Assembly (NCBI GenBank): GCA_046541415.1
Contig: JBKHDI010000001.1
Span: 32,657-96,656 of the forward strand
DNA length: 64,000 bases
Direction: 5' to 3'
Source: Phycisphaerae bacterium
Lineage (GTDB): Bacteria; Planctomycetota; Phycisphaerae; SM23-33
The notes under the pieces: generated by a model
What the model was told of the DNA's origin: nothing
The model's input: only the letters and a program-made list of their open reading frames with translations
Databases searched by the model: none
Shown: piece by piece, positions 1 through 9,983 of the stretch
Layout: every line of letters starts with the position of its first letter
Numbering within the stretch: the stretch's first letter is position 1
Position numbers and translations under genes: made by a program

Positions 1-178
1 TTGTCCGGCGGGCAGGACTTGTCAAGCCCCGGATTAAATTTCATCAAAAAGATGCACCGCCCGCCCGGCCCGGCTTCCGCATGAATGTTAGTCAAGTCCT
101 CCGACAATCCGGACGAAATCCCTATTGGAGGATGCTGCCCATGCGGGCGGCCCGGTACTGCCAAAGCGAGGTTCTGCT

Positions 179-1000
179 ATGACGCGATCTGCCAACATGG
201 GACTCGGCTGGTATCTCGACCAGATCAAGACCACGCCGCTTCTTTCGGGCGAGGAGGAAAGAGACCTCGCCCGACAGATCCAGCAGAATTCCGACCCGAT
301 GGCCCGGGAACAGATGATCCGCGCGAACCTGCGCCTGGTGGTCAAGATCGCCAAGGAGTATTCCAATCCCGGGATGACCCTGGGCGACCTGGTGGCCGAA
401 GGGAACCTCGGACTCATGCGAGCCGTCGAGGAATTCGACCCCGACGCCGGCGTCCGCTTCAGCACCTACGCCGGTTGGTGGATCAAGCAGTCGATCCGCC
501 GGGCGATGATCAATGCCGGCCAACCCATCCACATCCCCGCCTACCTGGTCAAGCTCATCAGCAAGTGGAGACGCACCGCCGGCATGCTGGAAAACGAACT
601 GGGCCGAAAACCCAACATAGCAGAGATGGCCGACAAACTCAACGTTACCCCCGCCAAGGCAGAGATCATCCAGCAGGGCCTGGTCGCGGTCAACGCCCCC
701 AGCCAGATGCCCTCGGAAGAGACCCAGGCGATCAGCGAAATCCTCGTCGACGAGAATGGCCAGGCCCCCGAGCAGGGCCTGCTTGACGAATCCATCGGCC
801 CAATGCTCGATTCGCTGCTGGAGCACCTGGAACCCCGCGAGCAGAAGATCCTGCGCCTGCGGTTTGGCCTGGACGGCCAGGCCGACCAGATCCGGACGTA
901 CAAGGAAATCGGCCAGATTATCGGCCTGACCCGCGAACGCGTCCGCCAACTGGAGAAAAAGGCCCTGGCCAGCCTGCAGTCCCTGGCCCAGATGGCCTGA
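179..1000 (+). CDS. RNA polymerase sigma-70 family sigma factor (alternative, group 3-like, ~274 aa)
   Basis: Region 2 motif GNLGLMRAVEEFD..FSTYAGWWIKQSIRRAM, region 3 and region 4 HTH (IGQIIGLTRERVRQLEKKAL). ATG at 179 in frame with track ORF 125..1000 (TTG-initiated). Too short for a primary sigma. Confidence 0.8.
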   Translation: MTRSANMGLGWYLDQIKTTPLLSGEEERDLARQIQQNSDPMAREQMIRANLRLVVKIAKEYSNPGMTLGDLVAEGNLGLMRAVEEFDPDAGVRFSTYAGWWIKQSIRRAMINAGQPIHIPAYLVKLISKWRRTAGMLENELGRKPNIAEMADKLNVTPAKAEIIQQGLVAVNAPSQMPSEETQAISEILVDENGQAPEQGLLDESIGPMLDSLLEHLEPREQKILRLRFGLDGQADQIRTYKEIGQIIGLTRERVRQLEKKALASLQSLAQMA

Positions 1001-1032
1001 CCAACAACCCCAGATCCCGCCAGGCTCCGAGC

Positions 1033-1058
1033 CCGGAACCCACATGATTCCGGCTTTC
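1033..1058 (+). terminator. weak hairpin CCGGAA-N9-TTCCGG followed by CTTTCT after sigma factor gene
   Basis: Inverted repeat read directly. Short stem and weak T-tract. Confidence 0.25.
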
Positions 1059-1257
1059 TGCTGCGCATTTGTCTTTCCGGCCAAAGCTCTTGAAATGTTT
1101 TTGCCTCGCAGGAGACTGTACATACCGGCAGGACTGCCTGTAAGATAGGTATTGCAGTCTGGACAAAATTCTGCCATGCTGCCGATGCAAAGGAACAGGA
1201 ACGACAGGCCGCGACCCGCAGTCTTTTCCAGGGGGCGACGCGAATGGGAATCCTCGT

Positions 1258-3423
1258 GTGGAGAAATGGATGAATTCCACCAGGGCAACGGATGCCGATG
1301 GGAAGCACCTCAGCCGGATCGCCAATGCTGCTGCGCCGCCCGCGCGTCTGCTCGACAGGCTGATCACAGCACGCTCCAAGCCCGTGGTCTATACCGCACT
1401 GGCCGTGCTGCTGGTCTTCTCGGGCTTCCGCGTGGGGCTGTTCATCGGCAGCTGGGCCCTGGTCCAGTCCGTGGGGTTGGGCGATATCGCCCAGAGCCTC
1501 CTGCTTGGACTGCGATTCGACCTCAAATCCCTGGGCTACATGCTCCTGCCGATGGTCCTGCTGGTGGGCCTGATCCCGGTCGATGCCTTCTCCTACACCT
1601 GGCTGCGGTGGACGCTGAACGTCTACGCCGGCCTGATGGTGCTTCTGGCCATCGCTGCCGAGATCATCGGGACGTACTTCTTCCTCTACTACGGCCGGCG
1701 GCTGAACTCCATGGCCCTGCAGTATCTCGAACACTACCACGAGATCCTGGGCCACATCTGCAACCAGTACCCGGTCTGGCTGCTGGTCGTGTCCGTTTTG
1801 GTCGGTCTGGCCGGCAGCTGTCTGCTGTTCAACAAGCTCTTCTGGTCCGGCAGGCGACCGCGACGCACGCGGTTCAGCCGCCTGATCCACGGCGTCGTCA
1901 TGATCGCCCTCTGCGCGTTGGCCATTCGCGGCATCGGCAGAGAGCCGCTGTCCAACGTCAACGGCAGCACGTACTTCACCAACAACAACCTGGTCAACGA
2001 GCTCAGCCGCAACAATCTGGCCACGTTTGCTTCCGCCTTCTACTGCAGCGTCTTCGAGCCGTGGGAGGAAGGCGAGTTCTTCCCCTTCCCGGCTGCCTCC
2101 GACGCGACCGAACACGTCGCCGACATGGTCTATCAGCCCAATGACATCCCCCTGAACGACCCGGTCAACCCCCTGTGGCGCGTCACCGAGACCGGTCGCC
2201 AGCCGTTGGACGTCAATGTCGTGCTGATCATCATGGAGTCCATGGCCGGCCGGAGCGTCGGCGCCCTGGGCTATCAGCCCGATTACACCCCCAACCTGAC
2301 CCGGATGTGCGAACAGGGGATGTACTTCGAGAACATGTTCGCCATCGGCTACCGGACCAACAAGGGGCTGACGGGCCTGCTCTGCTCCCACCCGGACGTG
2401 GGGGGACAGAACCTGATGAAGCGCCCCGAGGCGATCGGCCGCTACAGGACTCTCCCGGTCGTCATGGCCGAGAAGGGCTACCGCACGATGTTCTTCTACG
2501 GCGGCGACCCCGAGTTCGACAACATGCGGGAGTTCCTCGAGCAGGGCGGCATGCAGGAAATGTACTGCCAGGACACCATGCATTCCGGCCCGCGAGGCGG
2601 GTTCGGATACTCGTGGCAGGACGAGGTGGTCTTTGACAAGACCCACGAAGTCCTTTCCCAGGTCCCCTCCGACGAGCGATTCTTCGCCGTCGTCCTGACC
2701 CTCTCCAACCACGACCCGTGGGATGTCCCCTCCGGCAGGACGCCCGTTGTCAGCGCAGGCGAAGACAATCCCATGGGACGGATGAAGAACAGCTACCGCT
2801 ACGCCGACTGGGCACTGAACCGCTTCTTCGAAAAAGCCCGCGAAACCAACGCGCCGTATCTGCAGAATACACTCTTCGTCCTGGTCGCCGACCACGGCCA
2901 GCAGGCCGAACTGAACCGCACCAAGATGCTCGACGCCCCCGGATTCCGCATCCCCTGCCTCTTCTACGCCCCGGGGATGCCCGGCCTGGTCCAGCGTCAG
3001 CGGATCTCGACCGTCTGCAGCCAGATCGACCTGGCCCCGACGCTGCTGAGCTTCCTCGGTGGCAGGTATGAACACAGCTTCCTGGGCCGCAACGTGCTGT
3101 CCATCGCACCGGGCGACGGTTTCGCCATGCTGCGAGACTTCGAGCCGCTTGGGTTCGTCCGTGGCGACAAGCTCGTCATCCGCCCACCGCGGTCATGGCC
3201 CCGGTTGTACCGACTCGACCGGACCTCCATGAAAGAACTGGAGCTCTCCGGAGACAATAGCAAGCTGGTCGACGCGCTGGACAAGGACATGCTCTCTTAT
3301 TACGGGCTGGCCCGGTATCTGCTGGGGAAAAAAGCTTTCGCCGCTCCGGCGGCCGAACTGCTGGCTGGCTTTGAAGAAAGCTCCTCTTCGGCGAAAGACC
3401 ATCACGGTCCAGTCTATCCGTAA
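1258..3423 (+). CDS. LTA synthase/phosphoglycerol-transferase family membrane protein (N-terminal polytopic TM domain + sulfatase-like extracytoplasmic domain)
   Basis: Five predicted TM helices in first ~200 aa, then sulfatase-fold motifs (VVLIIMESMAGRS..., NLTRMCEQGMYFENMF...). GTG 1258 or ATG 1270 start. Confidence 0.6.
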   Translation: MEKWMNSTRATDADGKHLSRIANAAAPPARLLDRLITARSKPVVYTALAVLLVFSGFRVGLFIGSWALVQSVGLGDIAQSLLLGLRFDLKSLGYMLLPMVLLVGLIPVDAFSYTWLRWTLNVYAGLMVLLAIAAEIIGTYFFLYYGRRLNSMALQYLEHYHEILGHICNQYPVWLLVVSVLVGLAGSCLLFNKLFWSGRRPRRTRFSRLIHGVVMIALCALAIRGIGREPLSNVNGSTYFTNNNLVNELSRNNLATFASAFYCSVFEPWEEGEFFPFPAASDATEHVADMVYQPNDIPLNDPVNPLWRVTETGRQPLDVNVVLIIMESMAGRSVGALGYQPDYTPNLTRMCEQGMYFENMFAIGYRTNKGLTGLLCSHPDVGGQNLMKRPEAIGRYRTLPVVMAEKGYRTMFFYGGDPEFDNMREFLEQGGMQEMYCQDTMHSGPRGGFGYSWQDEVVFDKTHEVLSQVPSDERFFAVVLTLSNHDPWDVPSGRTPVVSAGEDNPMGRMKNSYRYADWALNRFFEKARETNAPYLQNTLFVLVADHGQQAELNRTKMLDAPGFRIPCLFYAPGMPGLVQRQRISTVCSQIDLAPTLLSFLGGRYEHSFLGRNVLSIAPGDGFAMLRDFEPLGFVRGDKLVIRPPRSWPRLYRLDRTSMKELELSGDNSKLVDALDKDMLSYYGLARYLLGKKAFAAPAAELLAGFEESSSSAKDHHGPVYP

Positions 3424-3428
3424 TCTAC

Positions 3429-3983
3429 ATGCTCTCAAAGCAAGCAGAAAGCCCCAACATGCCCTCCATCGAGTCGTTTATTCGTGATGTGCCGGACTTC
3501 CCCAAGCCAGGCATCGTGTTCAAGGATATCACACCGCTGCTGGCCGATCCGGAGGCAATGGAACAGGCCGTCGAGCAGATGGTCGCCCCCTTTGCCGAAT
3601 CCGGAGTGGACGTCGTGGTGGGCATCGAAGCCCGCGGGTTCATTTTCGGCTCGCTGGTCGCAAAAAGACTCAATGCCGCCTTTGTGCCCATTCGCAAGCC
3701 CGCCAAGCTGCCGGCGGAGAAATTCAGCGAGTCGTACGAACTGGAATACGGCACGGACACCATCGAGATCCACGCCGATGCGATCAAGCCCGGACAGCGG
3801 GTGCTGATGGTCGACGACCTTCTGGCCACCGGTGGGACCATGGCGGCCGGCTGTCGACTCGTCGAGGCCCTGAAAGGTCAGATCGTGGGAATCGCCTTCG
3901 TGATCGAACTGAGCTTCCTGCCCGGCCGCAAGTGCCTCCAAGGTTACACCATCCACAGCCTCATCGATGTCAAAGGCGAATAG
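3429..3983 (+). CDS. apt: adenine phosphoribosyltransferase
   Basis: Full-length match to Apt pattern (DFPKPGIVFKDITPLL, PRT motif VLMVDDLLATGGT). Length 184 aa as in E. coli Apt. Confidence 0.9.
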   Translation: MLSKQAESPNMPSIESFIRDVPDFPKPGIVFKDITPLLADPEAMEQAVEQMVAPFAESGVDVVVGIEARGFIFGSLVAKRLNAAFVPIRKPAKLPAEKFSESYELEYGTDTIEIHADAIKPGQRVLMVDDLLATGGTMAAGCRLVEALKGQIVGIAFVIELSFLPGRKCLQGYTIHSLIDVKGE

Positions 3984-3986
3984 CCC

Positions 3987-4898
3987 TCAGCTTCGATGCC
4001 TCGGTGCGGCGTCGCGGCCGGGGTAGACGGAGATCTGCAGGTCGGGCAGGGCGGCGGAAATGCGTCGGGCGATGAGCTTCAGTTGCGTCTCGGGCAGGTA
4101 GCGGACGTAAGACTCGGCCGGACTGCGGGCGATGGTGTGCAGCTGCACGCCGCGAATCTGCCCGCCAAGCTCCCGGATCTGACGCAATCTGCCGATGTAG
4201 GCGGCGATTTCCTCGTCCGAAGGGGGCTGGGAGTCGATGGCCAGCAGCAGCGTCTGAATCCAGGTGGGCAGTTGCCGGGAGACGGCCGCGATGTCTTTTA
4301 CGATCTTCTCCAGCGTCAGCCCCTCAGCCGGGCGATTGATCCGCTGGAAAAACGACTCGCTGCCGGCGTCGAGCTTCGCCCAGATCTGCCCGTCGGACTC
4401 GGCCAGGGTCGGAACCGCCCGCTGGAAGGGGGGCTTGTCCAGGGCCGTCGAGTTGGTGATCACCACCAGCTTGACCTCGTCGATCCCTGCATGCGCTTTG
4501 GCATCGGCGGCAATGGCCACGGCCCGGTCGAACTGCGGATGACACGTCGGCTCGCCGTCGCCGCTGAAGGCGATATCGTTGATCCGGCGCATCGCCTCGG
4601 GCGTCTGCGAGAACCGCTCGTGCTGCCAGATCTTACCGGAGCTCACCTCCGCCAGCACGGCCCGCAGCTCGGCAGCCAGAATGTCCAGGTCCACAAAGTC
4701 CAGCCCGCGCGGCTGGGAGCGGTCGATCTGGCAGTACAGGCAGCCGAAGCTGCACGCCCGGTTCGGGTTCAGGTTCACCCCCACACTCAACCCGCCGGAA
4801 CGGCGAGAGATGACGGGGTAGACGTAGAGGCAGTCGTGCCACTGGCGGCGGTGGTCGCCGATGAGGGATCGATCCGGGATGGAAGGCTGCTGGTCCAT
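3987..4898 (-). CDS. radical SAM domain protein (family unassigned)
   Basis: CxxxCxxC radical SAM motif (CSFGCLYC) near N-terminus. Start set at internal ATG (MDQQPS..); track ORF extends to 5003. Divergent from gltX. Confidence 0.55.
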   Translation of the reverse strand: MDQQPSIPDRSLIGDHRRQWHDCLYVYPVISRRSGGLSVGVNLNPNRACSFGCLYCQIDRSQPRGLDFVDLDILAAELRAVLAEVSSGKIWQHERFSQTPEAMRRINDIAFSGDGEPTCHPQFDRAVAIAADAKAHAGIDEVKLVVITNSTALDKPPFQRAVPTLAESDGQIWAKLDAGSESFFQRINRPAEGLTLEKIVKDIAAVSRQLPTWIQTLLLAIDSQPPSDEEIAAYIGRLRQIRELGGQIRGVQLHTIARSPAESYVRYLPETQLKLIARRISAALPDLQISVYPGRDAAPRHRS

Positions 4899-5023
4899 CC
4901 CCCCATGATAAACCGCCGTCCCTGCCACGCCAAGCGCCAGCCACTGGCAACAACGGCCGCGGGCGACTATAATCACCCACTTTGCCGGACATCCCACGCC
5001 CAAGACAGAACAGGACCCGCCCC

Positions 5024-6475
5024 ATGCAGCCGCTTACGACCCGTTTTGCCCCCTCGCCGACAGGCCATCTCCACGTGGGATCGGCCCGGACAGCTCTCTT
5101 CGCCTACCTGCTGGCCCGCAAGACCGGCGGAACGTTCGTTGTCCGCATCGAGGACACCGACCGCAGCCGACACATCGAAGAAGCCGTCGACATGATCGTC
5201 CAGGACCTCCGATGGCTGGGGCTGGAGTGGGATGAGGGAATCGAAGTCGGCGGAGCAAACGGGCCATACCGGCAGTCCGAGCGCCTTGAACTCTACGCCC
5301 GGTACATCGAAACGCTCCTGGAGGACGGCAAGGCCTATTACGCCTTCGATACGCCCGAGCAGCTCGATGCCATGCGGGGAAAAGCCCGGGCCGAGAAGAA
5401 AGACTTCCTCTACCCCCGGCCGGAGACGTTCCCCTCTGTCGCCGAGGCCCAGGCGGCCCGAGAGGCGGACAAGCCCGTGGTTGTCCGGTTCGCCTGCCCC
5501 GATCGCGACGTGACGGTCCAGGACGACGCTTTCGGCGAGGTGACAACACCGGCGGCCGTGCTGGACGATTTCGTCATCCAGAAGGCCGACGGCTATCCGA
5601 CATTCTACCTGGCCAACGTGGTCGACGACGCGTTGATGGGCATCAACTACATCACCCGAGGCCAGGAGTTCCTCGGTCAGTCGTGGCGACAGACCCTGCT
5701 GCGTGAGGCCCTGGGATTCGAAGAGCCCGGATGCTGCCACCTGCCACTGATCATGGACATGCAGGGCCGTAAGCTCTCCAAACGCGACGGCGACGTGGAC
5801 GTCGGAAGCTTCCGCGCAGCCGGTTACCTGCCCGAGACGTTGGTGAACTTCGTGGCCCTGCTGGGCTGGAACCCCGGCGGGGACCAGGAGAAGATGTCCC
5901 TGGAGCAGCTTGTCGAGCTGTTCAGCGTCGAGCGGATCGGCAAGACCAACGCGAAGTTCGACCGCGACAAATTGCTGGCCTTCAACACCGACGCCCTGGC
6001 CGCGGCCCAGACCGATCGCCTTGTCGCCGGCTTCAGGGACTACCTGTCCCTGAACGAGTCGCATATCCCGGTCAGCGATGATGCCCTGCTGGGGCGGATC
6101 GTCGACTGCAACCGCGGCTATAAGACCTTCGCCGACCTGAAGGACAAAGTCGACGTGCTCTTCGGCCCCGACGACGCGTTTGCCTACGTCGACAAGGCCG
6201 TTACGAAGGTCCTGGCCAAGAACGACGGACAGGGCTACGAGGTGCTGGAGAAGCTGATCGAGCCGCTCGGCCGGGTCGAGTGGACAGGCCAAGCGCTGCA
6301 CGAGATGATCGAGTCGTTCTGCGAGGCCAACGAACTGGGCATGGGCAAGGTGGCCCAGCCGCTGCGTGTGGCGCTTACCGGCAACACCGTCAGCCCGCCG
6401 ATTACCGATACGCTCGAATTCGTCGGCAGGGAGGCCTGCCTGGCCCGTATTCGGCGCTGCCTGGCCAGGCGGTGA
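5024..6475 (+). CDS. gltX: glutamate--tRNA ligase
   Basis: HIGH-type motif PSPTGHLHVG, KMSK-type motif KLSKRDG, class I GluRS architecture. Start at ATG 5024 (MQPLTTRFAPSPTG). Confidence 0.92.
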   Translation: MQPLTTRFAPSPTGHLHVGSARTALFAYLLARKTGGTFVVRIEDTDRSRHIEEAVDMIVQDLRWLGLEWDEGIEVGGANGPYRQSERLELYARYIETLLEDGKAYYAFDTPEQLDAMRGKARAEKKDFLYPRPETFPSVAEAQAAREADKPVVVRFACPDRDVTVQDDAFGEVTTPAAVLDDFVIQKADGYPTFYLANVVDDALMGINYITRGQEFLGQSWRQTLLREALGFEEPGCCHLPLIMDMQGRKLSKRDGDVDVGSFRAAGYLPETLVNFVALLGWNPGGDQEKMSLEQLVELFSVERIGKTNAKFDRDKLLAFNTDALAAAQTDRLVAGFRDYLSLNESHIPVSDDALLGRIVDCNRGYKTFADLKDKVDVLFGPDDAFAYVDKAVTKVLAKNDGQGYEVLEKLIEPLGRVEWTGQALHEMIESFCEANELGMGKVAQPLRVALTGNTVSPPITDTLEFVGREACLARIRRCLARR

Positions 6476-6484
6476 TCGCCCGGA

Positions 6485-9400
6485 TCAGTCGTCCTTTTCC
6501 TGCAGGTAGGGCGGGTAGCGGTAGTAGACCTGCAATGTCAGCGTGGCGGTGGCGGTGGTGTATGTCCGTCCGCCGACGCGGCCCCAGCGGCTGTCGGGAT
6601 CGAAGCTGCCCGCCTCGCCGCCCCGGTTTTCCTGCAGCTTGACCAGATAGTCCCGCATGACCTTGTTCCAGCGGTCCCACTGCGGGCCCTGGACCTGCAT
6701 CAACGCCAGCGAGCAGTAGTACCACGAGTAAAAGTTCCGCTCGCGATTGCGCCGACTGGGAACGTGCTTGAGGATGAGATCGCCGGCCTTGCGGATCTCG
6801 GAGTCCGACGGCGTTTCACCCATCAGGATGCGGCTGAAGATCGCCTCAGCTGTCATCGCCGGCGATACCTTCCTCTTGTCGGTATACCCTGCCAGCCCGT
6901 CGCGGTTGGTGACACCGTGGATGTAGGCCAGCGTCCGCTTGCGTGTTTCATCGGGGATCTGCAGACCCAGGCGCGAGACGCTGTGCAGGGCCATCACCTG
7001 CCAGCCGACGACGGACATGTCGCCCTTGTCCTTGTCTTCCCAGTAAGGCTTGTATCGCCAGCCGCCGGTCTGGGGGTTCTGGGCACGGATGATGAACTTC
7101 GCCGCCCGGATCGCCGCGTCGCGGTACTTCGGCTCGCCGGACATCGCCGCTGCTTCCGACAGCGCGATCGTCGCGATGCCGTGGGCGTACATGTTCCCGC
7201 CGCCGCGCAGATCGCCATCCTGCTTCTGGTTCTCGACGAGGTAATCGACTGCCTGCGTGACGGTCTTTCGGTACAGGCTCTCCTGGCCGGGCCTGTGGTC
7301 GGCCGCCAGGTAGCTCAGAGCCGCCAGGCCCGTCAGGGCCATGTCGGGTCTGCCGTGATGGTTGTCCTTCTTGTACGTCCAGCGGCCGTCCTTCTCCTGC
7401 TCGCGGGCCATCCAGGCCAGGGCCTTGGCGACGGCAGCTTCGGACTCCTCCGAGCCGCCCATCTTGCGGATCATCTCCTGTCGCTGCGGGAAGCTGCGCC
7501 TGCGGATAGAGAGTGGGCTGGTCAGCCGCCCAGGATCCAACGTGCCCACCATGGCCAGTTCTTCCGGCACGGGCTTGAGCATCTCGCCGATGTCCTCTGC
7601 GGGCCTTTGGGCGGGCGTTTCAGCCAGCAGCTGCTCGGCGATCGAATCGGCCGCCGGGGCGTCCAGCGACTCGATCAGCCGTGTTCTTTTGGCAGGTGCC
7701 TCATCGGCGCGGGTCTGTGAAAGGGGCCCGGGCTGGATCTTCTCGACGTCGACCGCGTCGGCCGCGGTCAGCGGGTGCTCCTCATGGGCGATCTTCTCCC
7801 GGCTGGGCTGGATCACCGGCTGGAGGCGCGGGTCCTGGGCAGCCTGGGGGAGGTTGACCTGGATCTGCTCGGCCGGGTCGACCGGGTCGACAGCCGGGGC
7901 GTAGGCGATCTCGGTCGGGCCGATGTCATCGGTCGGCTCGACAACAGGCACGGTGGCCACGTCGATCTCCGGGCGATGGGTCGCGTCGGCAGAGGGCCTG
8001 GCCCGGGCGACCTGGACTTCATCGGAGGCCTGGCGGACCTGCGGGGCAGCGTCGGCGGCGAGTTTGTCGGAAGTCTCGGCCGGGGCGGCGGGGACGACTT
8101 CCGGCCCGGCGAGCACCTCGGCCGGTTCGGGCTGGGCCTCGACGGGTACGGTCAAATCCTGTTGCGAAGGCAGGGGGGCCTCGGCGAACATGGGTGCATC
8201 GGAGGCCGGGGCCGGCTCTGCCGGCTGGGTCTCAGCCCGGACACGGACCGGCTCGACGACATTTTCCACACGGGCGATCTCGACGGATTGCTCTGGGTGG
8301 ACTTCGGGCCTGGCCTCATCGGCGGCGACCCGCTTGGCCGGTTCGGGCTCGAACCGCGGCTGGGGTTGTTGCTCCGGTGGATCGGGCAGGCGGATCTGCT
8401 CGGCCGCTACCGGCGGGATCGGTTGCGGCGCGGTCGGCTGTTGGGTCTTCTGCGTCTCAGCGGGGGGCACGGAAGGCTCGTTCAGTTCAGCCGGCGCGGG
8501 TCGGACGCGCGGGGCAGGGACGGTTTCCGCCCGGGCTACGTCGACCTGTCGCGGGTCCTGGACGGGCAACTGCGAGACCGACTCACGGATCTCCATTTTC
8601 GCCTGGGCCTCGGGGGCCAGTTCCAGCGAGACGCTCTCGATCAGGCCCGCCTTCTCGGCGACGTACTCGTAGGCCTCCTGGCTGACGAAGACCAGCCCGA
8701 GCAAAACCGTAAGCAGGATGTGCAGCAGGACGCTGGCAGCGATGGCCTTCTGCAGGGCGGACAGGTGGTCGTACCCGACGGCCTTGAGAAAGAGCATCGC
8801 CGGGACCAGCAGGGCCAGGGCCCCGGCCAGCATCCACCAGGACCAGTGGCCCGGCAGGGAGCGGCTGGTCTGCTCGGGGTAGACCTCGCGAGAGATCGCC
8901 TGGTAGAGGCTGTAGAGCCCTTCGCGGCCGGCGCGGTCGGAGCTGAAGACCAGCGTAAAGCCCTCGTCCGTCAGTTCCGGGTCGGTCTCGTTGTAGGCGC
9001 TGTTGATTTCCGGGCCCAGATTGACAGGCCCCTCCGACTTGCCCCGCAGCCGCAGGCGGTAGAGGTCGAAGCCGCCGTGGCCGCGAGGGCGGTTGGAGGC
9101 AAAGTAGAGGAAATCCCCGGCTGGCGAGACGGCGCAGGCTCCTTCATTCCACTTGGTGTTGGCGCCCAGCAGTGTCTCGGCCGGATGGTAGGCCAGACCA
9201 TCGGCGGGTTGGGGTTCTGTCGCGTCCTGCTGTTGCTGGTCGGCCTGCTCAGCGGGGGCCTTGGGCCAGGCGACGAACAGATCGTAGTCGCCCAGGTCGC
9301 CTTGGCGGACGGTGGCCTTCCAGTCGTTCTCGCGTCGCTGGGCAGCCAGGCGATTGGTCGCGAAGAACAGCCGCCCGTCGGGGGCAGGGGCGGGCGAGTA

Positions 9401-9982
9401 GTCGTTGTAGGGGCTGTTGATCGCGGGGCCCAGGTTTACCGGCTCAGCCCAGCCTTCATCGGTTCGCCTGGACGCCCAGATGTCGTACTGTCCCTGCCCG
9501 CCCGGGCGGTCGGAATAGAGCAGCAGCCACTTACCGTCGGGCGTCAGGCGGGGGCCCAACTCGTTGTACTCGGTATTGACGGCCTCCAGCGGGGCCGGCT
9601 CGGACCAGCCGGTGTCGGTCTTGTAGGCGACGAAGAGTTCGGCATTGGCGCCGGTTCGCTCGGGCCCGTAGCGGCCTGGCAGACCCCGGACGAAGTAGAG
9701 TTCCTTGCCGTCGGCTGAGAGGGCCGGCTCGTACTCCTGTGCTTCGGAGCGGACGAGGCCCTGGATAGATTCGGGCTGATCCCAGAGGACCTGTCGCGGC
9801 TGGGTTGCATCGCCGTCGCGTCGGAGCCCCGCGCCGTCGGTCCAGACGGTTCCGGCGAAGATCCACCAGGCCAGGACGGCGGCGCCTGCGACGACCGCAC
9901 CGGCCGAGGCCGATGCGGCGATCCACCAGCCCAGCTTGCCCGGTTGGCGGCCTGCGGATTGTCCCTTGCCGTCCTGAGCCAT
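6485..9982 (-). CDS. chimeric envelope protein: N-terminal TM anchor + TolB-like PD40 beta-propeller repeats + two TM helices + ~350-aa Pro/Glu/Ala-rich TonB/TolA-like spacer + C-terminal prenyltransferase/squalene-cyclase-like alpha-alpha toroid repeats
   Basis: PD40-type repeats (SPAPAPDGRLFFATNR, LTPDGKWLLLYSDR, SADGKELYFVR, LTDEGFTLVFSSDR). Hydrophobic segments at aa ~17-45 and ~380-440. Proline-rich low complexity aa ~470-800. C-terminal QxxDG(G)W-type repeats (QKQDGDLRGGG, QNPQTGGWRYKP, QEKDGRWTYK). Start ATG 1 nt after exbD stop. Confidence 0.6.
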   Translation of the reverse strand: MAQDGKGQSAGRQPGKLGWWIAASASAGAVVAGAAVLAWWIFAGTVWTDGAGLRRDGDATQPRQVLWDQPESIQGLVRSEAQEYEPALSADGKELYFVRGLPGRYGPERTGANAELFVAYKTDTGWSEPAPLEAVNTEYNELGPRLTPDGKWLLLYSDRPGGQGQYDIWASRRTDEGWAEPVNLGPAINSPYNDYSPAPAPDGRLFFATNRLAAQRRENDWKATVRQGDLGDYDLFVAWPKAPAEQADQQQQDATEPQPADGLAYHPAETLLGANTKWNEGACAVSPAGDFLYFASNRPRGHGGFDLYRLRLRGKSEGPVNLGPEINSAYNETDPELTDEGFTLVFSSDRAGREGLYSLYQAISREVYPEQTSRSLPGHWSWWMLAGALALLVPAMLFLKAVGYDHLSALQKAIAASVLLHILLTVLLGLVFVSQEAYEYVAEKAGLIESVSLELAPEAQAKMEIRESVSQLPVQDPRQVDVARAETVPAPRVRPAPAELNEPSVPPAETQKTQQPTAPQPIPPVAAEQIRLPDPPEQQPQPRFEPEPAKRVAADEARPEVHPEQSVEIARVENVVEPVRVRAETQPAEPAPASDAPMFAEAPLPSQQDLTVPVEAQPEPAEVLAGPEVVPAAPAETSDKLAADAAPQVRQASDEVQVARARPSADATHRPEIDVATVPVVEPTDDIGPTEIAYAPAVDPVDPAEQIQVNLPQAAQDPRLQPVIQPSREKIAHEEHPLTAADAVDVEKIQPGPLSQTRADEAPAKRTRLIESLDAPAADSIAEQLLAETPAQRPAEDIGEMLKPVPEELAMVGTLDPGRLTSPLSIRRRSFPQRQEMIRKMGGSEESEAAVAKALAWMAREQEKDGRWTYKKDNHHGRPDMALTGLAALSYLAADHRPGQESLYRKTVTQAVDYLVENQKQDGDLRGGGNMYAHGIATIALSEAAAMSGEPKYRDAAIRAAKFIIRAQNPQTGGWRYKPYWEDKDKGDMSVVGWQVMALHSVSRLGLQIPDETRKRTLAYIHGVTNRDGLAGYTDKRKVSPAMTAEAIFSRILMGETPSDSEIRKAGDLILKHVPSRRNRERNFYSWYYCSLALMQVQGPQWDRWNKVMRDYLVKLQENRGGEAGSFDPDSRWGRVGGRTYTTATATLTLQVYYRYPPYLQEKDD

Positions 9983-9983
9983 G

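Noticed and set aside
541-3075. 844-aa minus-strand ORF overlapping the sigma factor and LtaS-like genes
   Set aside because: Arg/Gly/Ala-rich low-complexity translation typical of antisense shadow ORFs in high-GC DNA. Opposite-strand genes have strong homology.
3996-6301. plus-strand 399-aa ORF (3996..5195) and minus-strand 442-aa ORF (4973..6301) around the radical SAM and gltX genes
   Set aside because: Both are antisense to well-supported genes and are compositionally biased.
7775-9718. 647-aa plus-strand ORF antisense to the chimeric envelope gene (plus several 60-250 aa ORFs in the same span)
   Set aside because: Gly/Arg/Asp-rich repeats produced by reading the Pro/Glu-rich coding region backwards. 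No start context.
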